64,000 nt of DNA from the NCBI RefSeq assembly GCF_001194135.2, contig NC_068985.1:36003279-36067278 (forward strand). Direction: 5' to 3'. Below, piece by piece: positions 47,086 to 59,514 of this stretch (positions are counted from its first letter, which is position 1; every line of letters begins with the position of its first letter). The stretch is from Octopus bimaculoides. Taxonomy: Eukaryota. The notes beneath the pieces are model-generated. The model did no database searches. It was not told the DNA's origin and worked only from the letters and a program-made list of their open reading frames with translations. The position numbers and the translations under genes are program-made.

Positions 47086-47153
<68 letters not shown>

Positions 47154-47430
47154 TATGTGTGTGTGAGTATGTGTGTGTGTGTATGTGTGTGTGTGTGTGT
47201 ATGTGTGTGTGTGTGTGTATGTGTTTGTCCCTCCATCACTGTTTGACAACTGATGTTGGTGTATTTACATCCCCTATAATGTAGTGATTCAGCGAAAAAG
47301 ATCAGTAGAATAAGAAGTACTGGGCTTAAGAAACAAGTCCTGAGGTCGATTTTCTCAACTAAAACACTTCAAGGCGGTGTTCTAGCATGGCCACAGTCAA
47401 ATGATTGAAACAAGTAAAAGAATAAAAGTA
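46940..47430 (+). mobile_element. SINE family A with a long internal (TG)n
   Basis: Full family match. It abuts a minus-strand family B fragment (46750-46945). Confidence 0.85.
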
Positions 47431-47620
47431 AATATAAACCAGAATCCTTGTCTGGTACCAGATCGACCGCAAAATCTAATCAGCTTGTGCCAGTCACGAG
47501 GCCAAACATCCCTGAAAGTTTCATCTGAATCCATCCAGCGGTTCTTGAGATATCTTGTCCACGGACAAACAAACAAACATGACTGTAAACAATACCTCCA
47601 CCTTCGCTAAGGCAGAGGTA
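47430..47620 (+). mobile_element. Helentron-associated (HINE/DINE-like) element, 3' end
   Basis: ...acggacaaacaaacaaac...aaacaatacctccaccttcgctaaggcagaggtaat: a short microsatellite followed by a terminal hairpin and taat. Confidence 0.6.
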
Positions 47621-48255
47621 ATAAATAACTGTGGATTCCTTTGTGCTGTTCTTTTAGGATAGAAGGATGTGGTTTAAGGAAAATTTGGCTTCTATTTCTA
47701 GCAGGCTGAGTGACTGTACAGAAGNNNNNNNNNNNNNNNNNNNNNNNNNNNNNNNNNNNNNNNNNNNNNNNNNNNNNNNNNNNNNNNNNNNNNNNNNNNN
47801 NNNNNNNNNNNNNNNNNNNNNNNNNNNNNNNNNNNNNNNNNNNNNNNNNNNNNNNNNNNNNNNNNNNNNNNNNNNNNNNNNNNNNNNNNNNNNNNNNNNN
47901 NNNNNNNNNNNNNNNNNNNNNNNNNNNNNNNNNNNNNNNNNNNNNNNNNNNNNNNNNNNNNNNNNNNNNNNNNNNNNNNNNNNNNNNNNNNNNNNNNNNN
48001 NNNNNNNNNNNNNNNNNNNNNNNNNNNNNNNNNNNNNNNNNNNNNNNNNNNNNNNNNNNNNNNNNNNNNNNNNNNNNNNNNNNNNNNNNNNNNNNNNNNN
48101 NNNNNNNNNNNNNNNNNNNNNNNNNNNNNNNNNNNNNNNNNNNNNNNNNNNNNNNNNNNNNNNNNNNNNNNNNNNNNNNNNNNNNNNNNNNNNNNNNNNN
48201 NNNNNNNNNNNNNNNNNNNNNNNNNNNNNNNNNNNNNNNNNNNNNNNNNNNNNNN

Positions 48256-48795
48256 ACCCATGCCAACGTCTCCTTCATTGGACACTGAACTTGGCTTGTG
48301 AAGACCTGTTGGGGCAACTGAAAGCAAAATTGTGATGGCACCTGTACCAGTGGAACGCTAAGAGCACCATCCAAGCGTGATCGTTGCCAGAGCAGCTGTC
48401 TGGCTTCCGTGCCAGTGGCATGTAAATAGCACCATTCGAGCATGATCGTTACCAGCATCGTCTTCCCGGGACTTGTGCCGGTGGCACGTGAAAAGACTTC
48501 AAGTGAGGTCATTGCCAGTGCCGCTGGACTGGCTCCTGTGCAGGTGGCATGTAAAATACACCATTTTGAGCGTAGCCATTGCCAGTATCGCTTGACTGGC
48601 CTTCGTGCCAGTGGCACGTAAAAGCACCCACTACACTTTCGGAGTGGTTGGCGTTAGGAAGGGCATCCAGCTGTAGAAACTCTGCCAAATCAGATTGGAG
48701 CCTGGTGTAGCCATCTGGCTCACCAGTCCTCAGTCAAATCGTCCGACCCATGTTAGCATGAAAAGCGGACGTTAAATGATGATGATGATGATAAT
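48256..48795 (+). mobile_element. RTE 3' UTR with ~5 tandem units and a (GAT)n tail
   Basis: Repeated gtgcc.gtggca.gtaaaa.gcacc units, then ggaagggcatccagctgtag...gttaaatgatgatgatg. Confidence 0.88.
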
Positions 48796-49189
48796 TTATT
48801 CAGCAGGTGTTACAATTCTATCTGCTATACTTCATTATTAATCATCCATAGAATTAGAACAATTAGAATAGACTGTACGCATTTATTGTGGAACTAGAAG
48901 TTGTCTTGAAAAATGGTGTAAGATTTTAAGGAAACTCTCAGATCAGGTTTGCCAAAAAAAAAAAAAAGAAAAAAAAAGCTCAGACTTGAAGAAAAATCTC
49001 AGATTATGAAAACATCAAGTTTAAATAGAAATATAATGGTATTTTACTTTTTTTATGAAGATGACAATAATTATTTCTTTTCTTCAATTTCACTTGAAAG
49101 AGTAAGTCATTCACCATTTTCTTTCTGCTCTTTTTGTTTTTAAAAAATTGATTCCAACTAACTCTTGCTTAAAGCATCTTCTAGGTTCT

Positions 49190-50830
49190 CATGCAGTGTA
49201 TTCCATATTATTTCTAGTAAAAGATTGCTTTGCAAGTAATCTATATTTGCTTTTTAAAGATTTAGCTTTTTTTTTTTTTTTTTTCAATTTTGAAGTCCAT
49301 CTTTTGTCTTTTAACTTATAATACCAGTGTTCAGGAATATTTTCTACAGAAATTGTGAAATTGTCAAGGAGGATAATTCCTCCAGTGGTCAAAGTTAATC
49401 ATGCTGGTTTCTGATGCAACGGATAGGATGAAATGTAACTTCTTTCTTACTTGGATGCAAAATTTTATTTGGAATTTAAAACAATTAGTTCTAATGCTTA
49501 TTTATCATCTAACAGTTAATTAATTAAATGTGATGTTGCCTTTTTTTCCTCAAGGTAAATATAATTTATGCTTTTATATTTACTTTCATTGCTTGGATCA
49601 GTTTCTGTTAGTATAATCTTCATTCATTTTTTTAATACAGAAACTTGGGAGAGTTTTGTATTCTAACGGTATTAAGTACAGACAACGTGACCTGAAATAC
49701 AAACAACATGACCTGAAACGCTCAGATTGAAATTCAGCATTCAATAAATTAACTTTCTGTAGTGCATACTGAAGGAAAAGTAGCATGTGTTTAGTTCTGC
49801 ATTTGCTTAATGTGTCAAGCTCTCCTGACACCATCATCTTTCAATTCATTTTGGAAGTAAAGAAGTAAAGCATTAAATTGTTGTATTATCACAGTAATAA
49901 CTACTTCTTGAGATAGCCACCTTGTTTGTTCAAGCTTAGACATTTTATGACAAGTTGTCACAATCTTTTCCTATATAAGTTTGAAGTATTGTTTCTTCTT
50001 ACTACAAGAAAAGTAAAGTGTTAAATCTTTTAAGAGAGATTCTAAATATGAAGGCAATATGCTGACAGCATGATTAGTGCAAACTAAAAGAATGATAGTT
50101 GCATTCCATAATAAAAAGAGATGGCACATCATCTCTCAATAATTTATGAAACCCATTTTTGGTGCCCATCATTGAGGAACACTTATTGCTTGTGAATCCA
50201 GTAGTTTCTGAAGGAATATTTCTTTCTCACAAAATAGATTTGACAGCATTGTAAAGTTCAAGAGCCATTCTGTTTTCAACAATCATGCATCTATGCTATC
50301 AAAGTTTCTCATAACTCTAGCTTAAATTTGGGCAACTGAAATATCTGTACTTTCATCAGTTATGATAGCAAACTTTTGTATCTTGCGGATATCCATTAGC
50401 ACTAGTTTTTCATGAATGGCACTTCCATTTTGAATAACATATGAATGTTTTGTTCATTTCATTGATAATTTTTCAGGAATATTGCTCTCCAGAAATACTC
50501 TCTTCTGTACTGTAAGTTGATTCAATACTTGCAAATGGAATGTTATGTGTAACAAAATAGAAAGCAATAAGTAGTTCACATTTGGCTGTTTGTTCATTCT
50601 TCAGTGACTTCTTTTTGCCATGAATTATGTAATATCAACAGTAGATTTACCCCCATCAAAACATTTCTAATATTTTACCAAAGTTTGTTTCATTAACCTA
50701 ACTCTATTTGGATTTCTCAGAGTAACATGGCACATTTTCAGTAGCTCTTTCCTTTATCATTTTTATTTAATTAAAGATCAAATCCTTTAATTCGAAATCT
50801 TACAACCCTTCATCTTTGAACGACTGCGTA
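49190..50830 (-). mobile_element. hAT transposase fossil (DUF4371/KIAA1586-like type)
   Basis: Ordered minus-strand motifs are CELLIAFYFVTHNIPF, FAIITDESTDIS (50341-50380, first catalytic D), GF.S...SMMGTKNG, MECNYH (CxxH region), KLEQTRWLS (49911-49940) and MLLFLQYALQKVNLLNAEFQSE. There are many stops. Confidence 0.85.
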
Positions 50831-50879
50831 TACAGTTTTCTTCATTTTAGTAGGAGTTTGTACTTCATCACGTATATAC

Positions 50880-51195
50880 CGGGTTCAGTCCCACTGCGTG
50901 GCACCTTGGGCAAGTGTCTCCTACTATAGCCTTGGGCCGACCAAAACCTTGTGAATGGATNNNNNNNNNNTATATATATGTATGTGTGTGTTTGTGTGTC
51001 TGTGTTTGTCCCCCCCCCAACATTGCTTGACAACCGATGCTGGTGTGCTTATGTCCCCGTAACTTAGCGGTTCGGCAAAAGAGACCAATAGAATAAGTAC
51101 TAGGCTTACAAAGAATAAGTCCGGGGGTCGATTTGCTTGACTAAAGGTGGTGCTCCAGCATGGCTGCGGTCAAATGACTGAAACAAGTAAAAGAG
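50880..51195 (+). mobile_element. SINE family A, 5'-truncated
   Basis: Family match. It contains a 10-N gap. Confidence 0.88.
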
Positions 51196-51659
51196 TATAT
51201 ATAAAATGGAGTTTGTGTGTGTGTCTGTGTGTGGTGCATATGTTCCTTATGAATTGGAAAACTGAATTACCGATTTTGACAAATGAGGTATCAAAAGATT
51301 CAGTAACCTTTCAGCTATCAAATGAAGTATGTTTTTGGCACAACAACTCTTTTTTACTACAAAAATAACCTCTAAAGCGAGGTCAGGTTGCACAATTTTG
51401 AGGTCATTTTCATGCAATATTTGGATTTGCTTCCAATCTACATTGCCAGTTTTAATGTTTTTAGTGTTAAAAAATACAGCATTGTACAAGGAGTGTTATG
51501 AGTGCATTTGTGATGTACAAAACCTTATTTGCCAATGGAAAATGACCAAAAGAACATGCATTTTTGGAACAATAATTGGCACATTTTCTGTCAATAGTGG
51601 CCTTTGTGTATACTTACCTGTAAGAGACAAGTTGTACATGTCTTCATATCCTTAATTGC

Positions 51660-53020
51660 TTTATCTACCTGGGTACTGTTGATTCAGGTAGCTGGTCCCT
51701 CAATTGGGTCAAACTTTGGCAGACTCTCCTCCTTCCATTCATTCTACACATTCAGCAGTGTTTCATAATGGGTAGAAACTCCATAAGATACCTGGTGTAA
51801 GCTATAAATGCTGCAGCAATATCAAAGGAAAATAGCTTTTGTGTGTGGCAGATGCACTGGGGCAATAAACACAGTAGATGTACAGAAAACAGATTCCATC
51901 AAATGCCAGTGGGGAGAAACTAGAAGTAGTTAATAGTTTCTGCTACCTAGGCGACCATGTCTGTAGTGGGGGCGGTTGCTCTGAGAGTGTAGCAACTAGA
52001 GTAAGAATAGCCTGGGCAAAGTTCAGAGAGCTCCTACCTCTGCTGGCAACTAAGGGCCTCTCACTCAGGGTGAAAGATAGACTGTATGATGCATATGTGC
52101 GAACTGCCATGCTACACGGCAGTGAAACATGGGCCATGAATGCTGAGGACATGCTAAGGCTTGAAAGAAATGATGCTAGTATGATACGCTAGATGTGTAA
52201 TGTCAGTGTGCATACATGACAGAGTGTAAGCATCTTGAGAGAAAAGTTGGGCATAAGAAGCATCAAATATGGTGTGCAAGAGAGGCAACTGTGCTGGTAT
52301 GGCCATGTGTAACGTATGAATGTGACAGCTGTGTGAGTGCCACTCCCTAACTGTAGAAGGAACCTGTGGAAGAGGTAGACACAGGAAGACATGGGATGAG
52401 GTGGTGAAGCATAACCTTTGAAGATTGGGCCTCACAGAGGTAATGACAGGAGATCGGGACCTTTGGAGACATGCTGTGATTGAGAAGACCCAGCAACTAA
52501 AGTGAGATTGCAGCCACGCATCTCCGGCCCTGTTAAGAATAACCCTGATGCATCGGGTGATATATGCTTGAGAAGACCTGTTGAATCAAGTAAAACCAAT
52601 ATTGTAGCTGGGGCCAGTGCCCCCTGACTGGCTCCCATGCTGGTGGCATGTAAAAAGCACCATCCGAACATGGTCAATGCCAGGTCTGCCTGAGTGGCTC
52701 CCGTGCCGGTGGCACGTAAAAAGTACCAACCGAACGTGACCAATGCCAGTACCCACTGACTGGCTCCTGTGGCATGTAAAAAGCACCATCCAAATGTGAT
52801 CACTGCCAGGTCCGCCTGATTTGCTCCTGTGCAGGTGACATGTAAAAAGCACCCGCTACACTCTCGGAGTGATTGGCATTAGGAAGGGCATCCAGCTGTA
52901 GAAACTTTGCCAGATCAGAATAGAGCCTGATGCAGCTGCTGCCTCTACAGACCTCGGTCAAACTGTCCAACCCATGCCAGCATGGAAAACGGACATTAAT
53001 TGATGATGATGATGATAATG
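51660..53020 (+). mobile_element. RTE LINE 3' half (short inverted 5' piece, RT end, thumb, tandem-unit 3' UTR, (GAT)n tail)
   Basis: Reads EKLEVVNSFCYLGD...GGCSESVATRVRIAWAKFRELLPLL...RLYDAYVRTAMLHGSETW. Four UTR units lie at 52610-52855 and the tail at ~53000. An inverted RTE piece (IEGPA...VDKAIKDMKT) lies at 51635-51725. Confidence 0.92.
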
Positions 53021-56000
53021 AGACACTGTAAAATCACTATATCCAAATTTGTGGTCACAAATTTCGAAAATCCTTTTGTGTTTCCCAACATCATATCTTG
53101 TCAAAACTGGATTTGGTACTGTCAATCACATTTTGCGGAAGGAAAGAAACAGATTTGACATTATTTCATGTGGAGATATTCGTATCTGAGTAGCATTAAG
53201 CCTGACATTGAATTTTTAGCAGAGCATCACCAGTCTCAGGGCTCACACTAGTTAGTCATTTTTTACATTTAAATTTAGGATAAAGTTGTATTTTAATTCA
53301 CTTTTCTTTTGCATTTACATATACAAATTTTTTTTAGTGTTGATTAGTCATAATTACATTATATTTAATATTTGTTATCATTTTTTGGTGGGCAAATATC
53401 AATTAGCTTACATCAAAAATTGCTTTTAGGGGGCAATGGCCAAGAAAAGTTTGAGAACCACTATTCTATTCTATTCCTAGGCAGATTGTCTTTGTATTTT
53501 ACCTATTGACGCCACAGCAAGAATGAGTGAGATTTACACATTAAAAATAGAAATAATTGGGAGAGATTTGGTTGCTTCACAAAAATTTTTGAGGGGTAAA
53601 TGGGTAAGTATTGAGTCATACAAATATATGCAACACATGTTATTGATAATGATACCTTGAGAAGAAATAACTGAATAAGCTTGTTGAGGAAACACAAATC
53701 AAATATAATGGTTAATTTAGAATGAATAAATAAGTCTTTCTAATTTTTGACATAAAGCCAGCAATTTTGAAGAGAAGAGGCAACCTCATTGCTTCAAGCC
53801 CCCATTACTTGAGTGATATTTTATTTTATCAGCCCCAAAAGGAAGAAAGGCAAAGTGGATCACGGCAGATTGGAACTCAGAATGTTAAGATCCAGAAGAA
53901 ATGCTACCAACTATTTTGTCTGACATGTTAATCATTCTATCTGCTCACCACCTTATAGAATGAGTAAATAGTAGAACCAGATTGAAAGACCATTATGGTG
54001 TAATTATGATGCATAGATGAAAAGGCAATTAAGTATAAACCTTTGACTTATAGTATTTATATCTATGTAAGAACTAATTATTAATTAGAAGATTATTGAA
54101 TGTGGCAAATTACCAGGAGTGTCTAATAATATTTAGTTTTATATATACCTCTACATTCTGAGTTTAGATCCCACAACATATGACTTGATTTTTTATTGTT
54201 TTGAGCTGATAAGACTTCTCATCTAGAAAATTGGTTATGTAATTAGAGAAGAAATCATTTTTAGAAGTTATTGCATTTCATGAGGGTAGTGTATCTCTTT
54301 TTCTTTTTGGTCAGTGTCTTGTTTTCAATTCAGATTCCACTCAAGTTGGCTGTCTTTCATCCATTTGTATATAATACGTACTTGTAAGATATGGGAGTTG
54401 ATACAAATAACAGTGTACCTTTCTTAGACAAAAGGCTCTTACAAATATAATTAAAAGTACCCATCATTATAATTGCTGTTGTAGTTGTTTCTGTTGCTGT
54501 TGTTGTTGTTGCATCTTCTACAGCTGCTGCAGCAGTAGTATCATTTTCTTTTTTTAACCAAGTTAGATTATATGTCTGTTTTGGATATTAAGCAACAATG
54601 TGGAATTATTTTTTGTTTTTGTGAGCATGTGTGAACTGTTATTTGCCGTTGTTATGTACAGACATGTGATACAGATATATATGTATTAGTTATATATGTG
54701 CATATATTAGATATATGTGTGTATTGGTTATTGGTTGCATAGAGCTGTTGGTCATTCTTGTTGTTTTCTTTGTTACACAAAGGTTTTTTTTCTTTCTCTC
54801 ATATATGTGTAGAGAGTAAAAGTACATTGAAACATTTTTCTTATTTCATCAATATTCTTCCTCATTATTCCTATTACTCTTAATACTACTGGAACTATGG
54901 TATTATCCATGCTTTAATCTTATCTCAGTTTCTAAGTTTTTATATTTTGCAAAAAAAAAGTTTAGTTTGTTTCAAGATATATTTCTGTTTGCATAATTAA
55001 CTTTATTTATATTTTGATATTTTATTTTATTTACTGTAAATGGTTGACTGGCTTGGCTAATATATTTCTGTCTGTATATCCACTTATGTTCCATAGTATC
55101 ATTAGCCATGGTTACAGTTCCTTCCTCCTGGCCAAAGAATGCAAAAATAGTAGAAGACAAGAAAAAAAAAAAGGAAACAAAAAAATGTGCTATTTGTTTC
55201 TACTTTCTCAGTTTTGAGCTAATGAGGGAGACTTTGTGTACATGCTTGAGTTATTAGAAATAGCAACTAAATCTCATCCAAATCACACCCTACTATCTTT
55301 AAAAAGAAACAAAATAACACATTGGATAATATAGTCCTAGTTACAACCATGACAAATACAACAAAATGACTGGATGATCACAGGTTGAACATTTTGATTG
55401 TACATCTGCTCAGTCAAGGCTGAACAATAATTTACTCAACTTCGTAATCATACCATTTTACAATTTAGTAGTGTCTGAAGATTTAGATACTACTGTTTCT
55501 TTTTCTTTCTTTTTTTGTTTTATTTATTTATTTTAGAACTATTATTATTGGCATAAAGCAATGCATTTTCCACCACATTCCAACCTCTGGTCTACAGATG
55601 TCCTGTCTCTTCTCTTTGTTTCTGCTACAGTGGATTCTATTACTTGGAAGTGGCTGGTCTTATACCACACCTCTATTCAGACACTTCTAAACCCTTTGCT
55701 ACACAAATGTTTTTCTCCTCTTTCATATATGTGTGTAGAAAGTAAAAATATATTGGGGCATTTTTCTCATTTCATCAATATTCAATATTCTTCTTCATGA
55801 TTCCCATTACTCTTATTACTATGAAGACTAAAGTGCTATCCTTGCCACAATCTTATTATCTCAGTTTCTAATCTTTATATGTATCACTTATATTGTACCC
55901 ATTACTCTCTAGGTTTGCCTCCAGTTATTCCTTCCTAGAACACAATAGAAGCTTAATCATTATGAAGTATTGATGCTGGTATCATGTTAAATACACAGGT

Positions 56001-56219
56001 CCTAAAACCATGTAAAAATCACTAGTGCTGGTGCCACATAAAAAGCACCCAGTACACTGTAAAGTGGTTGGCATTAGGAAGGGCATCCAGCTGTAGAAAC
56101 CAAACCAAAAACAGACTCTGGAACCTGGTGCAGGCCCTGGTCTTGCTAGCCCTTGTCAAGCTGCCCAGCCCAGCCATCATGGAAAACAGATGTAAAATAA
56201 TAACAGAGATAATGATTAC

Positions 56220-56241
56220 AAAGAAGAAGAAGAAGAAGAAG

Positions 56242-56300
<59 letters not shown>
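56220..56300. repeat. (AAG)n(TAG)n microsatellite, following a degenerate RTE tail (56030-56215)
   Basis: Directly visible. Confidence 0.9.
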
Positions 56301-58880
56301 TTGATATTTCTAATTTGATTTTCGGTTTAGTGTTGGGGATATAGGAAATTTTCTCAGAAGATTTGTTAGTGAGGAGGGTTTGGTTGTGGTAGAGGACATG
56401 CATGTTAAAATGTCCTCCTTAGTGGAGAGGTTGTTAATCTTAATGAAAGGGCCTTTGACAAATGCTATTTAAAATGGATTTAGGGTAATTAGATTGGATG
56501 TTAATATAATCCTTTCTATTATAGAGACAAGGCCTGAAATTTGGGAGAGGGGCAATAGTTGATTACATTGACCCCAGTATGCAACTGGTACTGAATTTAT
56601 CTGCAAAGTTGACCTTGGCAGAATTTGAACTCAGAATGTATTGGATGTTAATGTAATGTAGAGATTCATATGCTTATGGTAGTATAAGCTTCTAGTGAGT
56701 CATGGAAATGCTATTTTGTTGTCATGGATTAGCACAGTTGTGTTTTGGCAACTGCATCCAATCAGAGTTGGTTGCATAATTATAAATACAGTGTCATCTG
56801 TCCAGAAAGGAATTCTGTTCCAGTCTGTCAGTCAGCAGCTAGCAGAAGACTTCAACGTGAGTACAGCTGTCTCCGGTGGGACTTCAGAAGGACACTACCC
56901 CTGACAGCATTACTTCAACATGAACAGCTGTGTTATTTCACTGACTCAACGCTACAAGATTACATTAAGCATGCACAGCAAATCCCATTATTCTCTAAGG
57001 ACGGAACCTGCCTGTTTAAACTTCTTACTACCTTTATTGCGGTATGCTTCTACCCATTTGTGTAATAGTAATTTGTGGCCTTCCTTGACTCTTACATACA
57101 ACAATTGTCTACTCTCATTGCAACCCAAATAAATTATGATGTTTATTCTAATATAGCCTTCTGATGTATTTTCTCAATGCCTCACAGATGCAACTGTTTC
57201 ATTGACTTTCGACATTATGTATTTATTTGGTAACATGCTAAAATTGGTAACACTTTACTCAAGTTACATTCGAACACAGAAAAAACTCCATTATAAGCTG
57301 GATTATAAGTCTAGAGAAATGTTTAAGAAATGAGCTACTTTAGTGCTATTTTTGAAAGAGGTCTTTCTTGCTGTTAAAATAATATCAATGTCAGAGCAAG
57401 AGGGGTATGCAGGTTTCTTACCAAATATTAAATCTTTGGAGAATGGGGGAGATAGAATCATAATAATAGAACTGGCGAAAAGCGGTATAAGCTTTGTTAG
57501 GGAGAGTGTGAAACCAAGTGATCATATACCCCATGCTGTTCTAGTAAAAAAGTGTATCTTTTACTATAGGGATAATCTTATCAAAAATGTGTATACTAAC
57601 ACATCCCAAGTCAGATTTAGTGAGGTAAATAAGTTCGATCAATGGCTTATTAGAGAAATCTGGCTACAGGATGAAGTGAGGGGAGTGTAGATGTGTAGGG
57701 TTCAGCTGTATCATGTATTCCAAGTTCAGATGGTCTTACTCTTTGTCCCTGGGTAAAAGGTAGGTACCTCATCTGGGATGCCTTAGTCTGTGACTCCTTT
57801 GCTCCCTCTCACATCCTGGATGTTACAGTAAATGGGAGGGTAGCTGCTTCTGTAGCTGAACGGAACAGAATCTTTCAATATCAAGACTTGTCAGTGAACC
57901 ATTTCTTCCAGCCTGTTGTGTTTGAGACATTTGGATGGGCTGGGCCACTAACAGCAAAGTTTTTATCATCGTTGGCAGCTCACCTTACCAAAGTGTCAAG
58001 TGATTCCTGTGAGGGTGCTTGGTTGTTCCAACACCTAAGCCTCATCATCACCCATGGTAATTCTGCGAGCATGTTGGCTTACTTCAGTAGGTTCTGTTGA
58101 ATCTTGTGGTGTGCAACCAATTGAAGCACTTAGTGTTGAATTGATGTTTTTTCTTTCTTTTTCTGTCTTTCTTCCTCTTTTTCTTTTTTCTTCTTTTTAT
58201 TTTTTCTTCATTCATGCTTGTGTTTTCTTCAGTTTTGGATTTGTATTTTAATATGGTTTTGTATTATATATGTATCATATACATTCATGTTATATATGTA
58301 ATTATTAAATTATCTAAATTTTCAATAAAGTCACATCCAAAAAAAGAAACAATATTCTATGCACAAGTTCTTATAAGTTACACTGCTGATCATTAATCTT
58401 CTTAAGTATATTCTGATTAGCTTCTGTGTAGTTCTTCTTTAGTTCCTTGGTGATGAGATCTATCTACATATTATTTAGGAGAATGTATAGGTTTCCAGTT
58501 TTGTCTGAGAATGTGTACATTTGGAAACTTTTTAATCCTAGACATAAACCTGGAGGGATCCTTGGAAATATTAATGTTTCAAAAATTTCATATTCCTGAT
58601 CATGTGGAGTGAGTTTCTTTCAAATAAGCAAGGTGTTATAAGACTTTTTTTATATGTGATTAGCTTAAAGTATACCTTATTCATAGATTTATTGAATTTG
58701 AGCCTACCATCACATATATCCAATGACATCATTATCTTTTTTTTCTGGTGCAGTAATCCCATTTAGTATCTTGCAGTGGAAGAGGAGTGTCCTTGGATAA
58801 AGTGTCTAAAAATTGTTTATCCATAGTGTGTGATATCAGTAGGTAGTAGTCAGTAAATGGAGCCTAGAGACTGGAATAAA
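56300..58880 (-). mobile_element. Penelope-like RT remnants, split by later insertions
   Basis: Minus 57700-57330 reads KPLIELIYLTKSDLGCVSIHIFDKI...ITWFHTLPNKAYTAFRQF. Minus 56520-56330 reads YNIQSNYPKSI (SNHP-like thumb). A further fragment lies at 58400-58870. Confidence 0.65.
57715..58095 (+). mobile_element. CRE-like non-LTR element RLE 3' fragment
   Basis: Reads DGLT..PW..G...WD...CDSFAPSH....A.AE....QYQDL...HFFQPVVFETFGWAGP..AKFL...FQHLSLII..GNSASML. Confidence 0.7.
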
Positions 58881-59038
58881 GTATGTGTTCACAAACTTCC
58901 ATGTAAATATACTCCTTACACCTACTTTTGTTTATCTGCCTTTCTTACTTCTATATCCACTCAACAAAGATTGTTCTCATAGCCAATTTCCTACACCAGT
59001 ACCAGATTTATTTGAACAGTACTTGGTGACTGTATATA

Positions 59039-59076
<38 letters not shown>

Positions 59077-59431
59077 AAACTTACTTAGAAAAGAATGTGT
59101 GGCATTCAATCATATAATAATATATAAATATATGCATATATACATACATATATGTACATACCTACATATATATGTATATATACGTGCAGATATGGGTACA
59201 GGACATAAAAAAAAACGTTAAACACAATGAGAAACGAAAACATAAAAATGAAAACAGAAAACGAACTGTTTTTTTTTCGTTTGAAAAAAAAGTTTTTCTA
59301 TGTTTTCATTTCTCATTGTGTTTAACGTTTTTTTGATGTCCTGTACCCATATATGCATGTATATATACATATATATATGTAGGTATGTTCGTATATGTAT
59401 GTATATATCCATATATTTATATATTATTTAG

Positions 59432-59468
<37 letters not shown>

Positions 59469-59478
59469 NNNNNNNNNN

Positions 59479-59514
<36 letters not shown>

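Noticed and set aside
51247-51489. 80-aa ORF with a faint Tc1-like PDL motif
   Set aside because: There are no other catalytic motifs or TIRs, so it cannot be supported.
52610-52700. RTE UTR unit as an HDV-like ribozyme (ggc-tcccgt-gcc resembles P3/L3; CGAA near the end)
   Set aside because: There is no GG for P1.1, no P4, and P1 is only 5 bp. The simple H-type pseudoknot fits better.
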